A stretch of DNA of 64,000 nucleotides. It comes from Camelus ferus (lineage: Eukaryota). Shown here piece by piece: positions 38,916 through 51,692 of this stretch. Position 1 is the first letter of the stretch. Each line of letters opens with the position of its first letter. The stretch is taken from the NCBI RefSeq assembly GCF_009834535.1, contig NC_045696.1, forward strand, positions 10,604,001 through 10,668,000. Reading direction: 5' to 3'. The position numbers and the translations under genes were made by a program. The notes under the pieces were generated by a model. It was not told the DNA's origin, ran no database searches, and worked only from the letters and a program-made list of their open reading frames with translations.

Positions 38916-39599
38916 CAATGGGTATGATCGCCCTGGGAGTCTCCAGACTCTTCAAGGGACTGGAGCATTACTTTATGACTGTAGTGGAAGTGCCAGGAGT
39001 GAATCTCCAAATCAGTTTCCCCAGGATACCCCGAGCTGTCCAGCAGAGCCAGAGTGCCAATCCCAGGGCAGGTTTCCTTGAGCAAACAACAGGAGGATGG
39101 AGGCTGAATGTGATGTGACCCTTCCTTTGCCTTGCTGGTGCTGCATGGAGGAGGAGGGCAAAGACCATGAGGCTTAGACCCCAAGGGGACCTAGCAATCT
39201 CCCACCTGACCCTCCAACTCCCTTGGTCCACAGCGGGGAATGGAGATCAGAGACAGTGACTGGCTCAGGGTCACACAGCCAGGGCTGGGACTAGAAACTG
39301 TCTTTAACCCTCGGCTGGGTACCATCATCACATTCAGATGGCAAGGTATGTAATACAGCATGCAACATCATTATGCTCATTCAGGTATTTTCTTTCCTGA
39401 ACACATGGCCTGAACTTGAGGCTTGAAACCATCCAGATGAGGTTTAACACACCTGTCCGATGTAAGAAGAATCTCCACTACCCTCTTCCAATGTGTGGAA
39501 AGAAAGGTTTGTAAGAAAGCCAGCCAATACTCAGAGGCAGAGGGACACGCATACACAGGCACTCACAAACATGGCCCTCGGCTCCTGGACCCTGCATCA

Positions 39600-40140
39600 G
39601 CTCTGGGCCCTAGCCCAGCCCCGCCTGCGCTCTGGCGCCCGGGAGCCTGAGCGCTGCAGCCGCGCTGGCGGTTAGTGGCTGGGAGGTTTCCTAACGCCTG
39701 AGCTTGATGGGACCTCTTGTTGGATGAAATTTATGACCCGGCACTTCCTCAGGGAGACTTCCCACGTCGAACTGTTGAACACTTCTGACCTTACTGCCCC
39801 AAACAAGGGAAGGGTGGGGAGGGAGGGGCGGGCGGGCGGAGGAAGTAGGCAGGGGGAGGCGCTGCTCAGCCAGATGTCCCGGAGCAGGGACCGTGCAGAT
39901 GCCCGAATGCACCTGCGTGGCGGGCGCTGGGGCGCGGGAACCGGGGCTCACCCGGCTCCTCCTCGCGGTGGGGATGCGGGCCGCCTGCTGGTGCGCGCAG
40001 CTCACACCTCCCCCTACCAGAGAGGCAGTCGGCGGCCCGCCGGTCTCAAAGATGGACCAGAGCCTGGGGGAGTGAGGACCTGTCCGGGCCCAGCTTGTCC
40101 CAGCCTCCAGAAATGCCCTCAGCGGAAAGGAATTGCGGAG
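39600..40140. promoter_or_regulatory. Small CpG island-like element (candidate promoter/enhancer)
   Basis: About 40 CpGs by hand count in ~540 bp; GC boxes gggcgggcgggcgg; ETS cores cacttcct and aggaagt. Confidence 0.6.
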
Positions 40141-40304
40141 CCTGGAAGAGACATGTGGGGTTTGTGGGTTATTGGCCCTTCGTTTATTTGTTTTTTCTTT
40201 GGCTAAAAGAAAGTCCTGAATCCTTTGAAGGGATTGTCACTGCTACTTGTTTTTTTCCTCCCACTTGGGAGAAGGATAGAATCACCTAGAAGGGCCTCTT
40301 GGTT

Positions 40305-40487
40305 CACAGCTTCTCAAATTTGGCTTCACAGTTCAATCACCTACTCAGTTAAACAAACAAACAAAAAAAACCAATGCCAGGCTCCCACCCCACAAAGAGT
40401 CTGATTTAATTAGCCTCGGGTGGCGCCTGATATCTGAGTTTTAGAAGCTCTCCTGATATTCTAATATGCAGCAAAGTTTGAGGACTC
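40305..40487 (+). mobile_element. MER5A/B-like hAT-Charlie MITE
   Basis: 'cttctcaaatttggc...aatcacct', 'aatgccaggctcccacccc', 'ttctaatatgcagcaaagtttgag'. Confidence 0.75.
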
Positions 40488-40664
40488 AAAGTTTGAGTAG
40501 CTGAGTTCTCCACAGTCAGCTCTGCATGATGTTTAGGGCCTCTACTACTCAATGGTGAGCATCTGAAAAATGGGCTTAACTTTAGACTTACACATACAGA
40601 ATTCAAGGTGAACAAGAACGGAAAAAAGTTTAGTTACTGGGGGAAAGGGGCTGGTAGTTAATAA

Positions 40665-41160
40665 TGTTTTTTTTTTAATTGAAATATAATTGACATATTA
40701 GTTTCAGGTTTACAACATAATGATTTGATATTTGTATATATTGCAAAACGATCACAATAAGTCTACTTAACGTCCGTCACCACACATAGTTAACGTATTT
40801 TTTCCCTTGTGATGAGAACTTTAAGATCTACTCTCTTAGCAACTTTCAAATATACATTACATTATTATTATGTGGTATTATTAACTATAGTCACCATGCT
40901 GTATATTACATCCCCAGGACTTATTTTGTAACTGGAAGTTTGTACCTTTTGACCATCTTCACCTATTTCACTCACCTGCCACCTCTGGCAACCACCAACT
41001 TTTTCTCTGTATCTGAGTTCTGGTTTGTTTGTTTGTTTGGTTGGTTGGTTTTTATTTTAGATTCCACATATAAGTGAGATAATACACTACTCACCTTTTT
41101 CTCTCTGACTTACCCACTTAGCGTAATGATCTCAAGGGCCATCCGAGTTGCACCAATGCC
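40665..41160 (-). mobile_element. L1 3' end (L1MA9/artiodactyl-type)
   Basis: Poly-T then 'aattgaaatataattgaca', 'aagatctactctcttagcaactttcaa', 'tagattccacatataagtgag'. Confidence 0.9.
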
Positions 41161-41379
41161 ATAATTTTTTGACTAGTGGCTCATCTAAACTGGGCAACCA
41201 TTTACTAAAATAAAATTGAGCCAACCAATATGTTTTATCCTGGGGAGGAGTGAGTTCCAGTTCTCCGTGACCAATGTACTCAGATGCATTAATTTGCTCT
41301 GGCTTCGCCACTGTGGCTGCGTGACTTTTGGGATAAAAATGCACATTCTGTGACATGCACCTAACTCCCTCAACAGCTT

Positions 41380-41815
41380 CATCTCAAATCCATCCCATGG
41401 GACTCTCAGTCCCTCAAGCATTCCCTGCTGCGTCCTGCCTCGAGGCTCTGCATGGCTGTGCCCTCTGCATGGAACACTCTTTTACTCCCAGCACCCGCAC
41501 AGCACACATACTTTATCTAGTTAAGCCCTACTCATTCTTCATTGTTTACATCAAACACAGCTTCCCCAGAGCACACCCCCCAGACCTTCCAGACCATGTG
41601 AAATTGCCCCATTCTGTGTGTGCACTGTCTTGGTAGTTAATCACATAGGAATTCAGTAAAAAATTAACTGTCTAGCTAGTTGCTTAATATCTGTCTTCCC
41701 TGCTAAAATGTAAGCTCCATGAGACATAATGCATGCTTTTCTTGTTTATTGCTGAGGTTTAGATTCATAGTAGGACTGTGATAAATCCTGGTCCAATGAT
41801 AAAGCTAGACCACTG
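41380..41815 (+). mobile_element. L2 fragment
   Basis: 'tgtgccctctgcatggaacactctt', 'atctgtcttccctgctaaaatgtaagctccatgag'. Confidence 0.7.
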
Positions 41816-42259
41816 ATCACTTAAAAAAACATCCTTGGGATTCAGTCTTGCATTCACTTGGCTCTTGCTGGTCCAGTCTTGCTTATATGTAGGAGCTAGT
41901 GGTTCCAATATTCTGGCTAATAGGTTTGGCTCCCTGGAGTGCTCTTCTGCATGCATGGTGGCTGTTCTGTTGTTAATGGTGACGACCTTCTATATGTCAC
42001 TTCATGCCTCAGTTTACTCAACTATGAAGCCAGCAGGGGGTTACAGAAAACCCACGGGACCTCAGAGAATGGGCATGCTGCAGTTGTGAAATGCTGTGAA
42101 TGTGCAAAATCTCATGCAAATAGTAGAAGTTTTAAATGATTCCTTTCATTATGGGCACCTTTTAGCAAATTTTCAATGTTATTCTTAAAATGTTTACAAG
42201 AGGGATGATCATTAAAGCTTATATACTATAATCAAAGAAAAAATTAAGAAGAAAATTAA

Positions 42260-42470
42260 GATTTATTTAATATTGACGATATGCCAAGTACTTTTACATT
42301 TGATGCCGCTTGATCCTAACCATACACCTATGATGTTGGTCTAACTGTAACCATTTTATAGATGAGGAAATGGAAATTCAGAGAGGTTCAGTAACTTGCC
42401 CAGCGTCACAGAGCTAGTAAGAAGTGAAGGTGAAATTTGAAAACAAGAATCCGGAGCACATTGCCTCACA
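42260..42470 (-). mobile_element. MIR SINE
   Basis: 'ccattttatagatgaggaaatggaaattcagagaggttcagtaacttgcccagcgtcacagagctagtaa'. Confidence 0.85.
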
Positions 42471-42847
42471 CTAATTCTCTTTCAAAAAGGAAGAATCGTC
42501 AACTTGGGTTGATGGGTTCTAGACCGTATCTCATTCGGAGATGATATCGACATTGTGGCTATTTCTCTGTTAATTCTGAAAAAAATTTCAAGGAAGAGAC
42601 TAATGCTTGTACAAAATCTTGGCAAAATACCCAAATCTTATTCTTCTTGAAGTTCTTTTCCAATAACTTAGGAACTGAGTGCTTGAGTCTAGATGGAACA
42701 GAGTTTTTTTCTTTGCAGCTGAGAGAATGATCAGTCTTCAGCCCAGAGCCCCTTAAGATCAATAGACCCAATAAAGAAAAACCTGGCAGGGTGTAAATTT
42801 TATTCTTTTAGTCCATTTATCATAGAGCTGACATCTACATTATTCTT

Positions 42848-42954
42848 ATTTATTTATTCATGCATTCATTCATTCATTCAGTGGAGGTACTGGGGACCGA
42901 ACCCAGGACCTCATGCACGCTAAGCACCCACCTGCCACTGAGCTACACCCTCCT
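42848..42954 (-). mobile_element. Camelid vic-1-like SINE, short form
   Basis: Antisense tRNA-Ala head 'ggaggtactgggg...acccaggacctcatgcacgctaagc...ctgagctacaccc'; degenerate TSD catctacattattctt / catgtacgtttttctt. Confidence 0.9.
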
Positions 42955-44526
42955 CATGTACGTTTTTCTTTATCTATCTATGAAAGGCTTGATCATGTCT
43001 TTTACTTCCTCTTTGCCCTGGTGACATCTTTTCAGATAGATTTTGTTTTTTAAAGAAACCCAAACCTATGAAAATAATCCCTAAATCTGAAAGTTCTTGC
43101 TTTATTCTTCCCCAGGAATTCTACTTCATGTATCTCCTTGTCATTTTTTCCACCTCAAAAAATTCTTACTGATTTTATTCAGTAATTATCATGTGGTTTA
43201 ATATTTGCAGAGATTGTAAGGGCCCATTGGTTATATCCTGAAAAGACCAGGCGGCCTAGGGCTGACAGTGATTTAAGCGTCTTCCATAAATTATCTCCTC
43301 CTATTTAAATCAAGATCCAAGAAATACCATAAATCCTGGGTCAGACGGAAAATCAAGATAGGTCCTTGGATAATGGCCCCAACAGAATCTCTATCATGGA
43401 AATGCAAAACATTTGATTAAAAATTCAAATTATATCCTATGCTATTAGCCCTGGAATTTTCTTAAGCCTTAAGACACAAATGGCATCCTTTCTACTCTTC
43501 AAAACAAGGAAAAGGCTAATGAAACTTTAATGCCTCAGGGAGATCATTTCAAATTTGTTCTAAGGTGAGTGAGGGAAGGTTGTTGAGAAGGCTTGCGTAG
43601 TCATTTGGGTGGTGGTTCCATCCACAGAGATGGGAAGGAGCGGGAGGACCCAGGATGGTGGGAGGAAGGATCTGGAGCGCTCAATGAGTTGGGCTACACT
43701 GGAGTGTCGTAAGGGAAATGACAGACGGCGGTGCCTGCCCCCGACTCCCTGAGATGACTGGGCAAGTGAGCAGCTCTTTCCCCTTGTTCCATTTTACATT
43801 TTCAGCTTCCGTTTTCTTTTTCTTAATTCCTTGCCTTATTTATATACTCAAATGTGGTATTAAATGGTATTGAACTCGATACCACATAGTATGTTGAGTA
43901 GTTCCAGATTTCATCAAACCGTGTTTCACGAGGTTCCCCAGAGAACAGTCTTGACTTCCCCCAGTAGGAAGAGCACGGGTGGGGCCTCATCTCAGAGCCT
44001 GGAGTGTCCCGGGGGCTGGTCCTCCTGCTTCCTCTCTCCTTTTGGGCCACTCCACCACCTGCCCAGCCTGGGGAATGAATGAGAGCTTCCGCCTCCCAGC
44101 AGGGTCACGGAGGCCTGTGGGCCGGGCGGGGCGCCTCTCATTCCATAGGCTGTCCTCACTCCCAAGTCCTACTTGAGAGTCTCTGCCCCTCCCCCCACCC
44201 CCAGCAGCCCAGGCCACTGGCCGAGGTTAAGATCCTGCCCCTGGTCTGTTGTTCTCTTGGGCACCGCCTCCCGGCCCCTCCCTGGCCCAGATGACAGTAC
44301 TTACTGACCTTTCACACGGGCACTTCAGGCCTTTGTGTGCAGCAATTGGTCTTCCTGCTCTTTCTGTGAGGACACAGATGCTGGCATTACAACCGTCGGC
44401 CCGCCCTGGGTGCAGCAGTGGTGAGGGGCTGGCAGGGACGGTCACAGAGCCTTCGGAGAGGGCGGGAGTAAGAGAAGCCAGGACGGTGGTCCCCTCACTC
44501 TTAACTTCCGGGGTGACTGCAGTCCT

Positions 44527-44528
<2 letters not shown>

Positions 44529-44572
<44 letters not shown>

Positions 44573-44600
44573 TCTGCGTGTGTCTGTGTGCGCATGCGTG
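44529..44600. repeat. (GT)n microsatellite with alternating purine-pyrimidine extension
   Basis: Directly visible. Confidence 0.95.
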
Positions 44601-45039
44601 CACCACCTCCCTCATCGCCAAGCAGTGGCTGTGTTTGAGTGTTACCTGCCTAAGGCCAGAGGAACATCATATTTTCCTAGGTGACTGGTACCCAACTATG
44701 TAGTAGAGATGGGTCTGCTCCTGGTTATGTCTTGACTGTGTACTTCCAAGAAGTCACCCCATCTCTTGAGACCTTCTTAGCTGTGTATTTTTCCTTATCT
44801 CCAGGCCTATTAGGGTAAGTTAAAAATACTTCCAGCTCCCTGGAGAAGGGTCCTGTGCTTAAACCAGACTGTAAAAAATAGAAATATAGCATGATTACTA
44901 ACTATATCACTACTATTATTGTTACTAGAATTTCTCAGAGTATTGTATTTCCTTATGCTCTGAAAATCTCATTTTCTGCCCTTAAAATCACTTCCAAAAT
45001 GTTTATCAAATCCTCTCAAAAACATGATTATTTTTCAAA

Positions 45040-45555
45040 AATAGAATTTCTTTTCTGATTGTAAAAGTAATTCTTGTTAATTGTTAAAAACAATCAAGAA
45101 ATAAAAAAAGTAAAAATCAACCAAAATCTCACCATCCAGATATAAACACCAGTAACATTGCCACAAACATTTCTTTACACACATACACACACACAATTAG
45201 ACATACTTAAAGTCATATTATACACAAATTCTACAAATTACAATATGTTATGACATCTTTCCCTAATTTATCTATCTAATGAACTAGAGCCCCAGATTAT
45301 TATTTCAGATCATTCAGATCATTTCAGACTCAGATTATTTAAAATGGCTGTGTAGAATTTTATTGTAAACTTATAACAAAATCTCTTAATCTCATCCCTA
45401 AGGACGTTAGGCATTTTGATCAATTCCTATTTGGTCTTAATATTAAAAGCACCTTTGTGATGGATGTCCTAATACATAAATCTTTCAGTCCTCATGCTAT
45501 GCTTATTTAGAAGAAATTCTCTGAAGAAGGATTGCTGACTCGAAGGGTAGGGTCA
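45040..45555 (-). mobile_element. Old L1 3' end (L1ME-like)
   Basis: 'ttttctgattgtaaaagtaa', 'aatctcaccatccaga', 'ggattgctgactcgaagggta'. Confidence 0.65.
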
Positions 45556-45559
45556 TTAA

Positions 45560-45725
45560 TCATTTATATAATACGTAATTTATATGTTATATAATGTATA
45601 CTATATTACATTGTGATCATTATAATATATGTAATCAAATTATATTTTATATAGGTATATAAAATTATAAAACTGTTTTACACATATAGGTAAAGTAATA
45701 AATATATATTACATATGTAGATAAA
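45560..45725. repeat. AT-rich low complexity
   Basis: Degenerate (TA)n. Confidence 0.8.
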
Positions 45726-46399
45726 ATTTGCAAGAAATTTTTATGAATCCAAAAGCTTCAGATGTATTCAGTGGTTGGGCATTGAACAAAGGCAATCGTG
45801 ACTTTTAGACACTATACTTCATTTTTGCATCATTTCGTTTTGTGTTTTTTATTGGAGTGTAGTCAGTTTACCATGTTGTGTCAGTTTTTGATGTACAGCA
45901 TATACTTAATTTTTTAATTCAAGTCATTGGTGCTTGAAATTCCCCAGGGACCCACTAACAATAAGTGTCTCAATCCCTTTAAACCTGTGACAGGTTTCTG
46001 TCTCCCAAACCTCTTAAGAGAATTCCCTTTAAGTTGTAAGTGAAGAAGGAAGCAAACCTTCAGTAACAAAGAAGGAAAGGGGGACCAACCTATATTGAAG
46101 AATAACTCACTTGGACAGCATGGTGATAACAGAGCCCCGGGCCCAAGTAGGGAGAAAGCTACATTTCACAGGAGCTAAGTTTGGACCTCCAATGATGAGT
46201 TCCTAAGTTGACGGCAGATAAAAAAGTAAGACACTGGAACACTCTATCAGAAATTTTTTTGTTTTATTTTGTTTTGTCTTTGCTTCTTTTTCTTTTTTCT
46301 TTTTTGTCAATCCGATTATAACTACTCTGTTCTGCTGACTTTTTGCGACTTTTTTTTTTCATAATTTGAAAGAATTAAAAATTATGGCATCCATGAATA

Positions 46400-47620
46400 A
46401 ATATAACTCTTAGCTCCTTCTTATTAACTAAATGCAATCGTGGAATAAATACAGTGAGTGTTCACACAAAGAAAGTGGAGAATAGAAAATTGTTTAAGTG
46501 GCCAAAGAAACTTTATCCTATTGTGCTGTGGGCCAAGCTATTCCAGCTATATGTAAATGTAAGCAGTGGCCTGTGTTCATGTGTCCACTTTGAAGTTGCC
46601 ATCTGAATTTAATTCTGCCTTTGTGATTAAATCAGGCCATTACGTTTAATCTCACTTAATAGTAAGGAACGTCCTTTGTTGTTTTCTATAGGCAACATAT
46701 TCTGCCCCTAACATATACAGCTTGGTATTCACACTTTACTATTAATCCCCGATGGCTGATAATTGCTTCATCTCCAAGCCCTCTGTCCAATTCACAAGGG
46801 GCTGATTGCAACCATTCTTCCTCTATACATTAATGCACTGTTTGGGTCTTGCTTCTTTGGCTCAGTGAACCCCATCAAGCTGTCCACATTTTCTGGGCAT
46901 GTGGGCGTATTGTGAGATGTTAAATTAAATTCTGTGTTGACCCCCCTAAACACCAGAATCTATTAGCCCCTGCAACTTAGCTGATTGACAAGGGGGACTA
47001 CTTTTCCACTCAAAATCCTGCAGTAAGAAACGACAACAACAACAGACTGAATATTTTGTTTCTAGGCAAAGTCTGGGGTCTTCTTACAGCTGTCTTGCTG
47101 TTTACATTTTCACGACCACTGCACGAGCAGTTGCAATATCGCCACGACATTATTTCCTCTATCTGCCATTTGTCTGTCTCGTCACTTCTCTGGGAAAAAT
47201 TACTAGACCCCAGAAAAGTACTATTAATTGCTTGAAAGCCTGACATCATTTTCTCTTTCTTGATCTTTTTCCCCCAGAAATATTGTTTTAGAGGATGAGT
47301 TTTAGGAGTCTATCTGTCCCATGAATTGCCCAAGCATAGATGTCTGAGGGCAAAATGCCAGTTAAATGAACAGCCTTCTGTCTTTCCTTTTTGCACCAAA
47401 GGTAACAGATACGGTTAATTTTAATGTTAAGCTTTAGAAAGAAAAGAAGCTTTTCTTTCTGCCGCCCATTCATTCGATGGGCAATAGTTGCTAAGCTTTT
47501 CATTGTGCTAATTAAGGAATACTGTCATTATCAAGTTGACTTGGTGGTTTCAAAAGTATTATTAGCTGCTTGTGTTTAATTCATATTAACCACGTACAGT
47601 ACCTAGAGCTTGAACATACT
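46400..47620. promoter_or_regulatory. Repeat-free, motif-dense block (candidate conserved non-coding element)
   Basis: Many TAAT/ATTA cores, TAATCC, TGATTGACAA (46982) and CATTGT (47501); flanked by L1 remnants. Confidence 0.4.
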
Positions 47621-47814
47621 AGTAACAGCACATACATCTCTGTCTGGGTCTCCCGATAGCTTTGCCTGGCTGTGTACAATTTCAGCCTTCCTGCGGCTCC
47701 TGAGGCTCTTGGGAAATCCAAGAGCCTATTAAATGTTTTGTCTGATTATGAAAGAAACCTCATAAAAGTAATGTTATTTTTATATATTATATAACTCTGA
47801 TCTATATAAGTAAT

Positions 47815-48300
47815 AATTATATAAAAGTAATCATATTCATTGGAGTAAAATCTTAAAAGTTCAGAAAAACTAAAGAAAGAGTTAAAAACCATTCCAAATC
47901 CCACAGACATAAGCGGCTGTTATCATATTGGTATATTTTCTAGGTACACCTTTTGTCTGTAACTTACATGTGAAGAGACTCTTAATGTACATAAAAATAC
48001 ATACACTTAATTTTTTTTAATTTCCAAAGGATTTTATTATATTAAATGTCAAATAATTGAGATACTGAAAAATGGTGTGCCATAGAGTTAATAAGAACTT
48101 CTTTTATTTGTTAAATAAACTTTCTATTTTGGAATAATTTTAGATGTAGAGATGAGTTGCCAAGACAGAAGAGAGTGCCTATTTATTCTCTCACCCCATT
48201 TCTGCTGTTGTTAGCATTTGATATAAGCATGGAGCATTTGTCACAAGCAAGAAACACACATAATTCAAAATATACACAATTGGAAGCAGACAGTTTCTTA
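47815..48300 (-). mobile_element. Old L1 3' fragments (L1ME- and L1MB/MC-like)
   Basis: 'aattatataaaagtaatcatattcattgg' and 'ttttggaataattttagatgtagagatgagttgccaaga'. Confidence 0.6.
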
Positions 48301-48659
48301 ACCTGCTTTAGCTGTCATATAAATAAATATCCTCATACGTCATCAAACACTCTGGTAAAAATGTCCTCATTTTTTTAAAGAGGAAACTAAGGTAAGATGC
48401 ATGACTATCAAATGTGTTCGGTTCTAGGGAAATTTTTGATAAATTGTAATTAGAAAGCTGCTTCCAGAAAAGCTCCAGTCACGGGGGCAGGGCACCCGCT
48501 GGTGAGGAGACTCGCCCAGGAGCATCCCCACCTCCACCTCGCAGGTGCCCCGGTGGTGCCCCGGCAGGCTCGCCCCAGCATCAGCAGCAGAGCCGGTCCG
48601 ACCTCCGCAAAGGAGATTGTGTGTGTGAGCAAAAGGAGTCCAGGAGTTGTCATTTCTAG

Positions 48660-49145
48660 CCCTTGTTTTAAAAATTACAACAGAAATACATCCTCACTAG
48701 AGGAAATACACATAAAAAGGAGCAAGCTAAAAGCACTCACACAGCTTCCCAGAGGTCACCACTGTCAACATGTAGATACGTCTTCGGATCACAATCTCCT
48801 TTCAGTCTCCTTTACCACTTATATCACGACCATTTTCCCCTAATAGTTAATGATTCTTATTAAAAATTTTCCATGTGATTCCATGGAATTCTGTTCTATA
48901 ACTTTATTGTAATTATTTAACCCCATCTCATATTTTTGAGCAATTAGGGTATTTCTAGCTTTTTCCTATTATGAAGGGTACTGTGGTCTTTTTCCTATTA
49001 CAATATTTTTTCCTAATTTGTAACTTTCTATTGTGTAATTCTTTCCCTAATATTCTAATATAATATTATAAAGGGTAACATGAGTAACATGAGTAACATG
49101 CCTTATTGTTTCCTCAAGAAAAGTCCTCAAATGTAGAATTCATGG
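48660..49145 (-). mobile_element. Old L1 fragment (L1ME-like)
   Basis: 'cccagaggtcaccactgtcaaca', 'aattatttaacccc...caattagggtatttctag'. Confidence 0.55.
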
Positions 49146-51692
49146 TTTAGATCAAGCTTGCCCAACTTATGCCCTTCCTGAGTGGTGTTGTGCAAGAGCT
49201 ACCGGAAAAAAAAAAAAAAATCGAATTTCACTGCATGTGGTGGGGGAACCACAGGAGAAGTGTGAAGCTCAGAAGAAAAGACCAAGCCCTCAGTGCCACT
49301 TCGGTGATGCACCGATTAGAAGTTTGTTTAGTCAACTGTGTAGCTGCCCAGGGGCTTCCACACAGGCGATGGGTGTGTACGCGTGTCGGGTGTTGAACAG
49401 GAACGCCGGGACCCCGGGAGCCTCCCAGGACTTGGCTGAAAGGTGATCAGGATGAAAACAAGGAGGAAAAAGGGAGCAATCGCAAATGGTTTTTTGGTGC
49501 ATCAAAACTCCTACTGCTATAGTGAGGTATCAAACATGTTCAAAACCATAAACGAGATAAAAGCAGTTACAAGTAACACCAAGCCACTCTCTTTCTCACG
49601 CAGAACTGGGATTCGGCACTGCGGATATTACTGTTGTGTTGCTGGGCTCTCAATTCCAGTGGAATTTCAAGCTTGATGCTGGTGTGAACTTATTATAATT
49701 GAGTTTATCTGAATTACCTATGAGTGATGGTGCTACTGTTCTCTTATTGAGTGGGAGTTGCTGTTTTATTTTTAGTTTACTTTACACTAAGGAAGTAATG
49801 GGATTAGATATGTGGTTAAGAACAAATTCCGAAAACATTTATCAGTTATAAAAGAAAACTTAAAACAAAATTGTGCCAGAAAATAGAAGAAAAAAGCCAA
49901 AAATATTTCAGCCTCTGATAGACTTGTTCTAACATCACATCAAGTAAAAATAAAATTTGCTAATTAGATAAGACACACATTTTTCATCAACCACCCTTAT
50001 ACCTGGAGTCGGATTTTAAACTGATTGAATGCTGCAAACCTCATGATATTTCTAGCTATTACCTCTAATTTCTGGAAGGGAGAAGTCAAACAGTGAATGT
50101 CTTTAAGGGAGGAAAAGAAAACAGGTGCCAGGAAAACAAAAACCAAAACGAAAAAAAGAATGATAATGCCATAAAATATGAAGAATAGAATTTCCTTGGG
50201 TACCCATGGGGCCCCTTGGAGCTCGCCCATCATATGCTGGAAATGTGAGTGCCCTAGCATTTCTTCCACATCTTGTAGTCCTGGGTATTCCTAACATCCT
50301 ACCACCCTCTCTTTATTTCAGAACATAAAATTGGTAGCCAGAGAAGCTATTAGTATTGTGTTCAGCATTTGAAATTCCTGAGAAAGCTGGGAAACCATTT
50401 AATTTCTGGAGTGATTTTATTTTTCTCTGGGAGCACGTGATCAGAGGGTTTGATTAGGACTGCATTTCGTTCCTTGACTCTTAAGAGTTTCCTCTCCCCC
50501 TCTGCCTTTCTTGTCCCACTTCTGTCCCTTTTCCCCTCTTCTTCCCCGCCCCACCACATTCATCCAGGGTTTGCCCTATTTCCCAGCACAGTGGAAGAGC
50601 GGAGCTAGAGTTAGATCTGATCCCTGTGAGAGAGGAATTGAAAGGAGAGGGAGGGTGCTGAGTGCTTAAGGGAGGCAGAAAGGAGGAAGCAGCCTTTGGG
50701 TCAAGTTGTAAAGGGTTTGTAGGATTGCAGCAGGTGGATGAGGACAGGGACATGGAGGTCGACTGGCTGATGGGAGGAAGTAGCAGGGGTGGAAGAACCC
50801 AGAGTGTGGGCGGGTGTGAGGAAGGCATGTATCGCAGGTGGGGTCAGCAAGGATGGCACCTGAAGGAGAGAGTGGAACAGGGGCAGAGGGAGCCGAGGAG
50901 TTGGGAATGACTGTGCCTTCTTGGGGAATCTGTCCTGCAGGGATGTGGCTCATCAGTCTGATAAATGTTAACAGAAAGTTCTCAGCAGAACGCAACACGT
51001 GTATTGGGCAGAACATTGACATTTTGAGGGGCTCCAAAGCTTCCTGTGGAAGATGGAGAAGCTACCAACTAGGTGTGTGCGGTACCCACATTAGTCACCT
51101 GAACTCCGTCTAAAGAACAGTCGGATAAAACATTTCACTTCTACTGAGCTAGACAATTATTTTGAAATGATAAACTTTATCATGAGTTTGTTTATATCAC
51201 TGAAGTGACATTGCATGATCCAGTCTGCTTTTATGATATAAATAGTATCTGCTTCCCTAAAGAAACCGTCCCTGGGCCCAGAGGGAGCCCAGGAGTCTCA
51301 GAGGAGATGTAAGACTAGAACCCCAGGTGACAGCCTGAGATGGAGTCAGAAGGGCCCCAGCAGGCCTGCAGCCGGCTGTCCGAGCTCCTCCTGCACCTGG
51401 CCGGAGCCAGGTGATCGGGCTTCAGCATCAGGCTGTGTGTGTGTGTTTATGGGGAGACCACACAAACTAATAGGCCAACGGTGAGCGCTGTGCTGACTTC
51501 TGGAAACCAAGTCGGAGGTTTGAGGTTAACTAGGTTTCAAAGCTGAGAGATCTTCCACACAAATGCGATACCCACGAACCAACTTCTGTACCCTCAAACT
51601 AAAGCAATTTATTTTCGGGTCTTGTAGGTCTTGCCTATAAGTTGAGATAGGAAAGCAACCCTGAGCTCTCATTTTAAAAGGGAGACAGGTGA

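Noticed and set aside
39724..40206. 160-aa Arg/Gly-rich ORF
   Set aside because: A by-product of stop-codon scarcity in the CpG island
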